From the NCBI GenBank assembly GCA_038087875.1, contig JAXLNO010000612.1, forward strand, positions 1 to 64,000: 64,000 bases of DNA, given 5' to 3'. Positions 50,610-61,908 of the stretch are shown in pieces (within the stretch, counting starts at the first letter, position 1; every line of letters starts with the position of its first letter). The notes under the pieces were generated by a model. The model was not told the origin of the DNA. It saw nothing but the letters and a program-made list of their open reading frames with translations, and ran no database searches. Source of the DNA: Malacoraja senta (Eukaryota). The position numbers and the translations under genes were made by a program.

Positions 50610-50800
50610 TATGCACTTCCTCGAACCTCATCAACTGTATCCATTGTTCAAGATGTGGATTCTTATGCATCGGCGAGACCAAACGTAGACTGGGTGATCG
50701 TTTCGTGGAACACCTTCGCTCAGCCCGCCTGAACCAATCTGATCTCCCGGTTGCTGGACACTTTAATTCCCCTTCCCATTCCTACACAGAGCTTTCTGTC
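50610..50800 (+). mobile_element. Penelope GIY-YIG fragment
   Basis: CTSSNLINCIHCSRC..IGETKRRLGDRFVEHLRS. Confidence 0.85.
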
Positions 50801-50899
50801 CTTTTGCTTTTGATTGCTTTTAATGCTTTGTGTAAAGCACTTTGAATTGCCTTGTTGCTGAAATGTGCTATATAAATAAACTTGCTTGCTTGCTTGCTA

Positions 50900-51650
50900 T
50901 AGCTCAGACCCTCGAGGCCTGGCAACATCCTTGTAAATTATCTCTGTACCCTTTCCAACTTGACAACATCTTTCCTATACCATGGTGCCCAAAACTGAAC
51001 ACAGTACTCTAAATGCGGCATCACCAACATCTTATACATCTGCAGCATTACCTCCCAACTTCTATACTCAATGCTCCGACTGATAAAGGCCAATGTTCCA
51101 AAAGCCTTTTTGACCACCCCATCTACCTGTGACGTCAACTTTAAGGTACTATGTACCTGCACTCCTAGATCCCTCTGCACTACAACGCTCCCCAGAGCCC
51201 AACCATTCACTGCTTAGATCCTGCCCATGTTAGCTTTCAAAATGCAACATCTCACATTTTTTTGTATTAAATGCCATCAATCATTCCTCAGCCCGCCTGG
51301 CCAATCGATGAAGATCCTGCTGCAATATTTGACAACCATCTTCACTATCTGCAATACCACCCACTTTCGTATCATCTGAAAATTTGCTAATCATGTCATG
51401 TACATTCTCATTTAAATCGTTGATATAGATGACAAACCATAATGGGCCCAGCACCGAACCCTGAGGCGCACCATTAGTCACAGTCCTCCGGTGCGAGAAG
51501 CAACCTTACACCATCACCCTCTGCTTCCTTCCATGAAGTCAATGTTCTATCCATTCAGCTATTTCTCCTTGGATCCCATGCAATCTAATCTTCCAGATTA
51601 GCCTACCATGCGGAACCTTGTTGAATGCTTTGCTGCAATCACACATACAA
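50900..51650 (-). mobile_element. CR1 RT fragment
   Basis: GAPQGSVLGP..SKFSDDTKV; QRDLGVQVH..PHLEYCVQFW. Confidence 0.88.
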
Positions 51651-51929
51651 TTATTTTTTAAAAAGTATCTGCTTCTGATTTGTATGTCAAAACCATTATG
51701 TTTATCTTAGTATTTTCTATCTACATTAATCTCCAAGTAAGAAATGATTTCTTCAAAAAAAATGTCTACAGCCTTTGAAACTCTACCACCCTATAAAATG
51801 TCTACTGCCCTATACTGTAAGTCTAGCAATTAGACTCCAACTCTGTTTTATTCACCTGCGACCTTGCAAACCCAAACAGTGTCTCTAATTCATCAGAAAC
51901 TTGAGAAGGTTGGGAATGTTGTTGAAAAC

Positions 51930-52290
51930 TCCATGGAAACTCTGCTGGTGTCGGTAGAGAGCATTCTGACTCAATGCATCTCAGCCTGGTTCGACAACTC
52001 GAGCACTAAAGAACAAAAGACACTGCGGAAAGTGGTGGGCATTGCCCGCTCCATCATGGGTATTGACTTCCCCTCCAACGAATAAATCAACGGGAAGCGC
52101 TGCCTCAAGGAGGCAGCTAATAACAACAGACGTTTAAAGGTACACACCACATGCCATTCTCTCATCTCGCTGCTGCCATCGGGAAGAAGGTACAGGATCC
52201 TGAGAACCATGACCATCTGGTTCAAATTCTACAGCTTCTTTCCATCAACCATCGGGCTCTTGAATCACACAACACAACGCTAACCACAAT
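51930..52290 (+). mobile_element. Rex1/Babar 3' fragment
   Basis: VESILTQCISAWF..LRKVV.IARSIMG. Confidence 0.75.
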
Positions 52291-52376
52291 ACTACCCCAG
52301 CAACAACTGCTGAGGATGGTGTATAAGGATGCACTATGTACATTGGGTTTGCACTATATGGTCTAGTTATGGTCCA

Positions 52377-52683
52377 GGGTGGCACGGTGGCGCAGCGGTA
52401 GAGTTGCTGCCTTACAGTGCTTTTAGCACCAGAGACATGGGTTCATTCCCGACCACAGTTACTGTCTGTACAAAGTTTGTACGTTCTCCCTGTGACTTTC
52501 TCCGTTTTCTCCAAGATCTTTGGTATCCTCCCACACTCCAAAGATCTACAGGTTTGTATGTTAATTGGCTTAGTATAATTGTAAATCGTCCCTAGTGTGT
52601 GTAGGACAGTGTTAATGTGCGGGGATGCAGACTCGGTGGGCTGAAGGGCCTGTTTCCGTACTGTACCTCTAAACTAAACTAAA
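52377..52683 (+). mobile_element. HE1-like SINE
   Basis: Full head, core and (TAAAC)n tail. Confidence 0.9.
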
Positions 52684-52858
52684 GTTATGCGGTATTATTA
52701 ATAACATTTCATTATTGATCATTATATATTTATTTGCTGTAATGTCGTGGCAATGTGCCTGTCAAGCTGCAACAAGTAGGAATTTCATTGTCAATTCCCA
52801 GTGCCTAGGACTATTAAATGCTCTGACTCCTGAACTCTTCCAAGAAAGAAAGTCTTAC

Positions 52859-52948
52859 CAGATCTTCAGAACAATGTGAGAGACGGATGATTAATAGTGC
52901 AGTTGGTGAAATATTAATCGGATCTTTTTTCTGCAGGGATTGACTGAG
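52859..52948 (-). CDS. candidate coding exon (90 nt, phase 0 to 0) of the unidentified gene
   Basis: Pyrimidine tract cttttgttcttttttagtattAG, donor CTG|GTAAGA; LSQSLQKKDPINISPTALLIIRLSHCSEDL; in frame with the exon 75 nt upstream. Confidence 0.55.
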
Positions 52949-53023
52949 CTAATACTAAAAAAGAACAAAAGTTAAAACTTGCAAACATCAGTTGAGATGG
53001 TTTCAATTTTTAACATGTCTGAC

Positions 53024-53159
53024 CTTCAGCTCCTTCACAGCACGGTAATATTTTGGCAAATCAAAGGAATGCACGGACAGAAGCTGCGATACGATTTCAA
53101 CACTAGTCTTTGTGTGTGGACTTTCAATACCAGAGGTGTGTATCAATGAGACACTTATG
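53024..53159 (-). CDS. candidate coding exon (136 nt, phase 2 to 0) of the unidentified gene
   Basis: Acceptor cgcttcattttTAG, donor AAG|GTCAGA; only one open frame: ISVSLIHTSGIESPHTKTSVEIVSQLLSVHSFDLPKYYRAVKELK. Confidence 0.6.
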
Positions 53160-54030
53160 CTAAAAATGAAGCGCTGTTTGATTGTGACAGAGAAAAGATT
53201 GCCCATTACTGGTTGAGCAACATGAGACTATGTGTATAATATAATGCAGATTGGTTTCAATGCAGCCCTTAGGAGAACCACACTGCAGATTTGTCATGCA
53301 CGGAGATGCACATTTTCTTTGCCTACAGCCTGGTAACAGCTTTCTAGCTCCGAGGAGCAGGAGGCTGTCGCTCATTGTTCCTACTATACTTTAGGTTTTC
53401 TTTCTCAGGAGTGCTGAGTCAATCAATTTGTTCTAGCCATGATCACATTGAATGGCAGTGCTGGCTCGAAGGGCCGAATGGCCTTCTCCTGCACCTATTG
53501 CCTATTGTCTATTGTCTACATTTTCTGCATTATCTGCTACACGAGGACACTCATAAGGATTACACGTTGTATGGAAAAAGAGCATGCTTTGAGAAAGCTT
53601 CTTCTAACTAGCTTCCTTGGCAGAGAACATCAATCACCAAATTCTTTAATTAAATCTTGTGCACCGTCAGGTGGCCTATGTCACTTCAGGTGGATGGGTA
53701 GCAGTTTGACACGTAAAGAGAAGCAGATTCTGAAGTTAATCTGCATGGAAAGCAAATCACTGCACCTTCTCCAAAGATTTCTAAGTGTTACAAATTTCTC
53801 TCTTCCATTGACCTCTGGGCAATCGTGATCCCCGTCCCGTTTTTCTTTCAGTTGCATTCAAGTTGAAAACCCAACAAGAGTTGGTGCCAGGATCCGGATG
53901 GAAAACATTGACCCAGCCCTGTTTTCAGGCATGAGGTTGGCAAAAGTGCTTTGCACACGTGCCAGAAATTGGAGAGTTCAATGAGTTGGGAATTGATGTT
54001 GGGTCCGTTTGGTGACTGGGGGGGCGAGGT

Positions 54031-54091
54031 ACTGAAAAGGAGCAGGAACATGGGTATTCACCCAATCCCTGTGTTCCTGCTCCTTTTCAGT
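54031..54091. repeat. perfect 20-bp inverted repeat with a 21-nt spacer
   Basis: ACTGAAAAGGAGCAGGAACA (54031-54050) / TGTTCCTGCTCCTTTTCAGT (54072-54091). Confidence 0.9.
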
Positions 54092-54305
54092 TCCTTTAGG
54101 CTGTATGATTGCCCCTCCTAATCATTAAAAATGAAATGTAATTAAACTCCTTTTGAAACAAGAGCATGTAAGTTGAATGACCAACTGATGTTGCAAGTAT
54201 TATCAGCTCATGATTAGAAGTACGCCGAGACTTGAACGTTCAAGGTCATTGGCATTTTGGCAATAAGGTCCTCATCCTCTTTTGAGTTGGAGTCTTGGCC
54301 GATTC

Positions 54306-55040
54306 TTTAGTTTAGTTTAGTTTAGAGATACAGCGCGGAAACAGGCCCTTCGGCACACCGAGTCCACGCCGACCAGTGATCCCCACACTAGAGACAATTT
54401 ACCCATACACCAAGCCGATTAACCTACAAACCTGTACATCTTAGGAGTGTGGGAGGAAACCGGAGAAAACCCACATAGTCACGGGGAGAACGTACAAACT
54501 CCGTACAGACAGTACCCATAGTCAAGATTGAACCCGGTTCACCGGCACTGCAAGTGCTGTAAGGGGCCTGTCCCACTTTTTTAGGTGGCTATTTTTTAGG
54601 CGACTAGACTGTCGCCATATGGTCGGCGGGGTATCGCCTGCATGGCCGTGAGTAGTCTCCTCAGTCGCCCAAAGAGTCGTAGCGTCTTTCTGGTCGCTGC
54701 TGGATTTTCAACGTTGAAAAAATTTCGGAGACAGTAGGCGACAGTGGGTTTGACGCCAATGAGCGTAGCTTGACTTCTACTAACGTAGGTGCTGTCGTAG
54801 CTGTCATCAGGTTAACGTAGGTTGTTGCCAGGTTAATGTAGGTTGTCGCCGGTGCTGGCTTTGGTTTTATAATGTTGTTAAAGTAATGATTCTATTTCAA
54901 ATTTCATATCGAAGGGGGGGTCCAGTCGCCGTTTTTTCGGCAACCTGCTACGACAATGACAGTGGCCGGCAGTCGTCTAAAAATAGCCTAAGTGGGACAG
55001 GCCCTTAAGGTAACAACTCTACTGCAGCGCCACCGTGCCG
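54306..55040 (-). mobile_element. HE1-like SINE split by a MITE
   Basis: The SINE head GCTG-TAA-GG.A.CAACTCTA is restored by removing 54563-55005. Confidence 0.88.
54563..55005. mobile_element. Harbinger-type MITE
   Basis: TAA|GGGGCCTGTCCCACT ... AGTGGGACAGGCCCT|TAA; same family as 8273-8928 and 44841-45417. Confidence 0.92.
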
Positions 55041-56244
55041 GCATTTGGCCATCCTGGTCGTCCATTTCAGTGTGCAAAGAAGAAGTGCAGGTTAGAGAAT
55101 TTCTACCTTAACAACCTATGTAGTGTGGGAGAGATACAAAGTTCTGGAGTAACCCAGCAGGTCCTGATCACTCTTCACACAGTGGAACCCACTCAGCTCT
55201 TTCTCCCTGATGTGCTGCACTCCAAGAAAGCCCTCCAGAAACTCGTTGTTTGTAAAAAAAATTACCAATCTTCATAACGTCACCTCCTTCACAATTGTTA
55301 CCAGATTTCTTTTTGCATCCTCTTTGGTGCTGGATCTGCTATCTCCATTATCCATTGTCCTCTTGCACGTAAAACTCTTTTTTTCAAAACACACATATCT
55401 GGCCCTAGCATAGGACCCATACTAAAGCCACCTATGCCATCTCACCCTCGGTTCACAGTGTGCAAATGAGTGACCCATTCAATGTAAAATTGTATTTCTC
55501 TCTTTGTATTGACAATCTGTTTCCACTTTCACTTAAGCCATTTCTGTCCTTGTCAACAGCTTTCATATCTACTTCGTCCTTAATTTCCTCTCCAATAAAG
55601 TTTGCTCTCTTTTCCCTCTCACAAGGCAGTTTTAAAATTAAAATTGATTCTAACATTGAACTGTAGTTGCTGGAATCTTGAGTAAAACACAAAGTGCTGG
55701 AGGAACTCAGCAGATTAGGCTGCATCTGTGTAGGGAATGGACGGGCAATGTTTTGGGTCAGGACCATTCTCGGCATTGAAGATGTGTCTCTAACAGAAAA
55801 TGGATAACAATCTTTATGTTATTAAAGTTTTGAGTTAAATATTTCAACTCTTAGTTCATTTCAGTTTCCATAAATCCCAGGGTCGATGCTGAATATGCTT
55901 CCTGATAGATTTCACTTGATAATCAACATATAATATTGAATTATTTTCGCAGGCTTAATCAGAACCTCTTCAAACATAGTTTAAAGTGGACACCCAACTG
56001 TTCCCCATAGTATATAAAACATAGAACAGTGCAGCACCGTAGCCAGGCCCTTACCCAGAAGGCCCACTCTGACCATGATGTCAATTTAAAACTATCTCAT
56101 TTGTTTCAGTTTAGTTTCAGTTTCAGTTTCAGTTTAGTTTATTGTCACGTGTACCGAGGAACAGTGAAAAGCTTTTGTTTCAGCGGAAAGACAATTCATG
56201 ATTGCAATCGATCCATTTACAGTGTATAGATACATGATAAGGAA

Positions 56245-56680
56245 AGTGTAGGCTTGGTGATCGCTTCGCTCAACACCTCCGCACAGTCCGCATTAACCAA
56301 CACGATCTCCCGGTGGCTCAGCACTTCAACCCCCTCCCATTCCGTATCCGACCTTTCTCTCCTGGGCCTCCTCCATGGCCAGAGTGAGTCCCACCGCAAA
56401 TTGGAGGAGCAGCACCTCATATTTCGCTTGGGTAGTTTACACCCCAGTGGTATGAAAATTGACTTCTCCAATTTCAGGTAGTACTTGCTTTCTCCCTCCT
56501 TCCCCTCCCCTTCCCAGCTCTCCCACAGCCCACTGTCTCCGCCTCTTCCTTTCTTCTTCCCGTCCCCCCCGCCCCCATCCCCACATCAGTCTGAAGAAGG
56601 GTCTCGAACCGAAACGCTACCTATTCCTTCGCTCCATAGATGCTGCCTCACCTGCTGAGTTACTCCAGCTTTTTGTCTAC
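56245..56680 (+). mobile_element. Penelope 3' fragment with terminal repeat
   Basis: RKLEEQHLIFRLGSLHPSGM.IDFSNFR; CTGAAGAAGGGTCTCGAACCGAAAC at 56591. Confidence 0.88.
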
Positions 56681-57564
56681 CATGATAAGGGAATAGCGTT
56701 TGCCTGCACCTGGTCCAGACCACTCCATTCCCTGTTTGTCTAGATGCCTCTTAAATGTTGCTATTGTATCTGCTTCCACCACCACCCCATGGCAGCCTGT
56801 TCCAGGCATCTACCACTCTCTGCGCACATAACGTGCCCTGCACATCTCCCTTTAACTTTTTTCCTCTCACCTTAGAGCTATGCCCTCTGTTATTTAACAT
56901 TATCACCCAGGGAAAAATACTCTATCTCCCCGATATGTAGTTTTCATTGGGATCTTTTTGCCCATGCTCTCAACTACAGTATATAATGCAGTTGTCACCA
57001 ATTCTCGTAATCCCTAATGATTTTGCAATGAAATAGCTGACAGAATGATATATCCACACTATACAGGCAATAATCCACTTGATCTGCTCTTAATTCCTTT
57101 CACCTCTTGACTCTTGTGGAATACACTCTTCCTCCCTCCAGAGAGACAAGATCGATTATCCAGCTAAGCACCAGCCTATCAAATGCACAGCATAAACACT
57201 TTTAACAGATTATTATAGGACCGCAAATGACAATTGCATAATGGTTCATTGAATAAGAGAATTGTGGCAATGTCAGTTTAAGTATCAAATGAAGTATGAT
57301 TTACAATTTCTAACTGCTCAGAGCATTCCTCAGAAGACTGAGTGAGGGTAGTGTTTGCTACGCTAAATACATGCAAGAGTACTGGCCAACACTTGTAGTG
57401 ACCTTTGCACATTTAGTACCGTGTGCTCCTGTTAACATTGGACCTGGGATTTCCAATGCCTAAAATAAATTCCCATCCGCTAAAACATGCCTGGAACCTG
57501 AGACATTTTCTGTATTCGTGGAGAAAGTATCCACACTTGGTTAGATTAATATTTATTGCTCATT

Positions 57565-58010
57565 CTCAATCCAACAGAATCAACAAGCTCATCAGGAAGG
57601 CTGGCTCCATCCTGGGGGCAGAGTTGGATTCGGCAGAGGTGGTTTTGGCATAGAGGATGCTCCTCAAACTGCGGAGCATCCTGGACAATACAGCTCACAC
57701 CCTCCATGATACACTGGTCAACCTGAGGAGCACCTTCAGCAACAGACTGGTCCCACCAAGATGCAGCACAGAACACCACAGGCGATTGTTCATCTCTGTG
57801 GCTATCAAACTGTACAACCCCCCCCCCCCCCTTCTGTCGTGCGGTAGACTGATTCCCCTCCCCCCCTCCTCCTCCCCAATTTTTGCACATCCCCAATCCT
57901 GGACTTTCCTCTTGTCACTTTAATATCATGCTTCATGTATCTTGTTGTGTTTTAATACTGTTGGCAGTCCAATTTCCCTCGTGGGGTAAATAAAGTATCG
58001 TATCGTATCC
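57565..58010 (+). mobile_element. Rex1/Babar-type 3' fragment
   Basis: RINKLIRKAGSILG..MLLKLRSILDN..H.LH..PRCSTE..RRLF..AIKLYN; (GTATC)n tail. Confidence 0.8.
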
Positions 58011-58230
58011 AGACTCTAGTCGTGAGCAATCTTCTTACAGTCGATCTGGTAAATAGGGAGTTCCAGAATCTTGATCAGGAAACAAGGGAGGAAGAGCAGA
58101 AATATATTTCCACTCAACGATAGTCTCTGACTTTTTTGGCGGAGGGACGAAGGGAAGGGAAGGGAGGCAACCTGCATATAGTAAATCTTCTGCTCATGTT
58201 TGAGGAGAAATTCCAGACCATATTGTGTTT

Positions 58231-58291
58231 TGAATGAATGAATGATTGAATGAATGAATGAATGAATGAATGAATGAATGAATGAATGAAT
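58231..58291. repeat. (GAAT)n microsatellite
   Basis: Direct reading. Confidence 0.95.
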
Positions 58292-59399
58292 ATATGTTTA
58301 TTGGCCTTGTATGTACACAAACAAGTAATTTGCCTTCGTGCTGTTGGATGTGCACTCATTATGGATGTTGTTGGATGTGCACTCATCCAGGGTACTCGAC
58401 CACACTCCTGACTGGAGTAGACAGTGGAAAGACTTTCAGAAGCCAGAAAGTGAGTCACAGAGAGATGTTGAGATATTCTTGAAGCCTCCTCCTCTCATTA
58501 CTTGTTCAGTTATTCACTATCATTTACAGTGTAGGACAGTGGCTGTTTGGTAGAGTCTCGATTGGGAAAGTATTCTTAAGTGTTCACCTCACTTCACACA
58601 AGTTATTGGAGTAGAATTAGGTCATTTAGCCCATCGAGTCCACTCCGCCATTCAATCATGGCTGATCTCTGCCTCCTCATCCCATTTTCCTGCCTTCTCG
58701 CCATAGCCCTTGATACCCATTCTAATCAAGAGTTTTTCTATCTCTGCTTACAAATATCCACTGACTTGGCCTCCACAGCACTCTGTGGCAAGTTGCATAG
58801 ATTAACTACCCTCTGACTAAAGAAGTTCCTCCTCCTCCTTTCTAAAAGATGTTCAGATGAATGAGTGGATAATTCATTAAAACATAACAAGCCAGACTGG
58901 GTATCTAGGCTCAGCGCTGAGGATTCTCCATGATACTTCCTTCCCAGCTCCCAGGATGTGCCGCGCGGTGGCACAAGGCTCCCCGGATGCACCGAGGAGC
59001 AGATCAACCTGTGGCCACCTGCGGCGGCAACCCTGGTTCGCCGCTGCAAGAAAATACGACTATACTAAGAACTTTTGAAACTTTGTTGGCTCCAGAAATG
59101 TGGCGACTCTTTGTGTACTGCCCAGGTGAGGTCTGCTGTATGATTTTACCGGATTGCATGCAAAAACAACGAATGTCACTGTACCAAGAAACATGTGACA
59201 ATAACGTATCATTGAATCATTCCTAGGATCCCTCACGTCTGGTGCAATCTTCCAGCCAAAACGAAAAGCTGTAGGCCCAGATTCTGGATCATTATCTGTT
59301 TGATCTTTGTACATATGACTGTGTCAGGCTGTTTGTTAACTAGCCTGTAGGGCAGTTCTCTCAAGTCACTTGCACCATTTATCAGATGGACTCACCTGG

Positions 59400-59750
59400 A
59401 TAGAATGGATGTGGAGAGGATGTTTCTAGCAATGGGAGTGTCTAGGACTAGAGGGCACAGCCTCAAAATAAAAGGTCATACTTTTGAAATGGAGATGAGG
59501 AGGAATTTCTTTAGCCAGAGGGTGGGGAATCTGTGGAATTCATCGCCACAGAAGGCAGTGGAAGCTAAGTCACTGGGTATTTTAAAGTGGAGATTGATAG
59601 CTTCTTGATTAGTAAGGGCGTCAAATATTACAGGGAGGAGGCAGAAGAATGAGGTTGAGAGGAAAAATATAGGTTAGCCATGATTGAATGGCAGAGTAGA
59701 TTTGATGGGCTAAATGGCCTAATTCTACTCCTTTGTCTTATAGTCTTATG
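59400..59750 (+). mobile_element. CR1 3' fragment
   Basis: DVERMF..SRTRGHSLKIKG..RRNFFSQRV.NLWNS. Confidence 0.88.
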
Positions 59751-60229
59751 GTTTTATGGATCGAAACGTAGCCTTGTCTGGAACTGATGCCTTGTTGATG
59801 TCGTTTTATTCTTATTGTGTTTTAAACAAGCAGATTTGAAAGAACTGGATTGTTGAACCATTTCAGTTAAGAATTGACCAACTACTGGTACTGTGGAGCC
59901 ACACAGAGGCACGGCTGTGTAAGAGTAACTGATATCTATCCCTTGCAGACACCAAGAAACCTGATAAAGGCATTCCAGTTCTCCGATAGTAACCATTTCT
60001 GAGAGAGTTTAGATTCCTGGATGAATTAGCTGAATCAAGGGATATGGGAACAGAACAGTGCTGGTTTAAACTGAAGGTAGACACAACATGCTGGAATAAC
60101 TCAGTGGGACAGGCAGCATCTCTCGAGAGAAGGATTGGGTGACGTTTCAGTTCGAGACCCTTCCTCAGACTGATGTCAAGGGAGTGGGTGGTACAGAGAT
60201 AAATATAAATAAAATAAAATAAAACATTC

Positions 60230-61290
60230 TATCTCTGTATCGCCCCAGCACCGAGGTCTCAGCACAGAGTCTTGCGATACCTCATTAGTCACTGCCTGCC
60301 ATTCTGAAAGGGACCCGTTAATCCTTACTCTTTGTTTCCTGTCTGCCAACCACTTCTCCATCCATGTCAGCACTCTACCCCCAATCCCATGTGCCCTAAT
60401 TTTGCCCACTAATCTCCTATGTGGGACCTTATCAAATGCTTTCTGAAAGTCCAGGTACACTACATCCACTGACTCTCCCTTGTCCATTTTCCGAGTTACA
60501 TCTTCAAAAAAGTCAAGCATGATTTCCCCTTCGTAAATCCATGCTGACTCGGACCGATCCTGTTACTGCTATCCAAATGTGCGGCTATCTCATCTTTTAT
60601 AATTGACTCCAGCATCTTCCCCACCACCGATGTCAGGCTAACTGGTCTATAATTCCCCGTTTTCTCTCTCCCGCCTTTCTTAAAAAGTGGGATAACATTA
60701 GCTACCCTCCAATCCACAGGAACTGATCCTGAGTCTATAGAACATTGGAAAATTATCACCAATGCATCCACGATTTCTAGAGCCACTTCCTTAAGTACCC
60801 TGGGATGCAGACCATCAGGCCCTGGGGATTTATCAGCCTTCAGTCCCATCAGTCTATCCAACACCATTTCCTGCCTAATGTGGATTTCCTTCAGTTCCTC
60901 TGTCACCCCAGATCCTCCGGCCACTACTATATCAGGAAGATTGTTTGTGTCCTCCTTAGTGAAGACAGATCCAAAGTACCTGTTATACCCATCTGCCATT
61001 TCCTTGTTCCCCATAATAAATTCACCTTTTTCGGTCTTCAAGGGTCCAACTTTGATCTTAACTAATTTTTTCCTCTTCACATACCTAAAGAAGCTTTTAC
61101 TATCCTGCTTTATATTCTTGGCTAGCTTACCTTCGTACCTCATCTTTTCTCCCCATATTGTCTTTTTGGTTATCTTCTGTTGTTCTTTAAACATTACCCA
61201 ATCCTCTTGCATCCCGCTCATCTTTGCTACGTTGTACTTCTTCGCTTTAATTTTTATACTGTCCCTGACGTCCCTTATCAGCCATGGTCT
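60230..61290 (-). mobile_element. CR1 internal ORF2 fragment (linker to RT)
   Basis: PWLIRDVR..KSPGPDGLHPRVLKE..NYRPVSLTSVVGKMLE..YLDFQKAFDKVPH; same family as 27681-29304. Confidence 0.92.
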
Positions 61291-61657
61291 CCCGCCTAAG
61301 AAACCAACTCCCTGGAACTCTGTTAATCTTTCTCCAGGAAAAAGACTATGTCCGTTCACTCTGTCTATTCCCCTCATGATCTTGTACACAATAAACTTTC
61401 TGATACAAATAAGAGATCAAATTATCTCCATTTCCTATACAAATAATCTTCAGGCCAAGAATATGGCAAGTGGTATTTGAATGTTTGAACCTCAGCAGTG
61501 GAGGCAGAAGAAAGCTCTGCCAACCCTTGCGGAAACCCCACTGCGGATGTATCAGTCCCTGCGCCCTCTAATTCATTTGCTGCCCAATCTCTATAATCTC
61601 AGCTATGAATGTACTCAATGACGGAACATTCACAGCCCCATGTGTAGAGGGTTCTAC

Positions 61658-61908
61658 AGGAGCAACACAGTGGCGCAGCAGTTGAGTTGCTGCCTTAGAG
61701 TGCCAGAGACCCGGATTTGTTCCTGACCATGGGTGTTGTCTGTACGGAGTTAGTACATTCTCCCTGCGACCACATGGGTTTTCTCCGAGTGCCCGGATTT
61801 CCTCCCACACTGCAAAGATGCGCAGGTTTGTAGGTTAATTGGCTTCACGTCCCAAGTGTCTGGGTGATTGTCCATACTCACTGGGACGAAGGGTCTGTTT
61901 CCACGCAG
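61658..61908 (+). mobile_element. HE1-like SINE whose tail is replaced or interrupted by an L1
   Basis: SINE head and core, ..GAAGGGTCTGTTTCCACGCAGTA, then L1 sequence. Confidence 0.8.

Noticed and set aside
55301..55421. Possible upstream phase-2 exon (..ARGQWIMEIADPAPKRMQKEI); similar short candidates near 57105-57165, 57420-57465 and 59860-59960
   Set aside because: Splice signals are mediocre and several alternatives are equally plausible; they cannot be distinguished from chance
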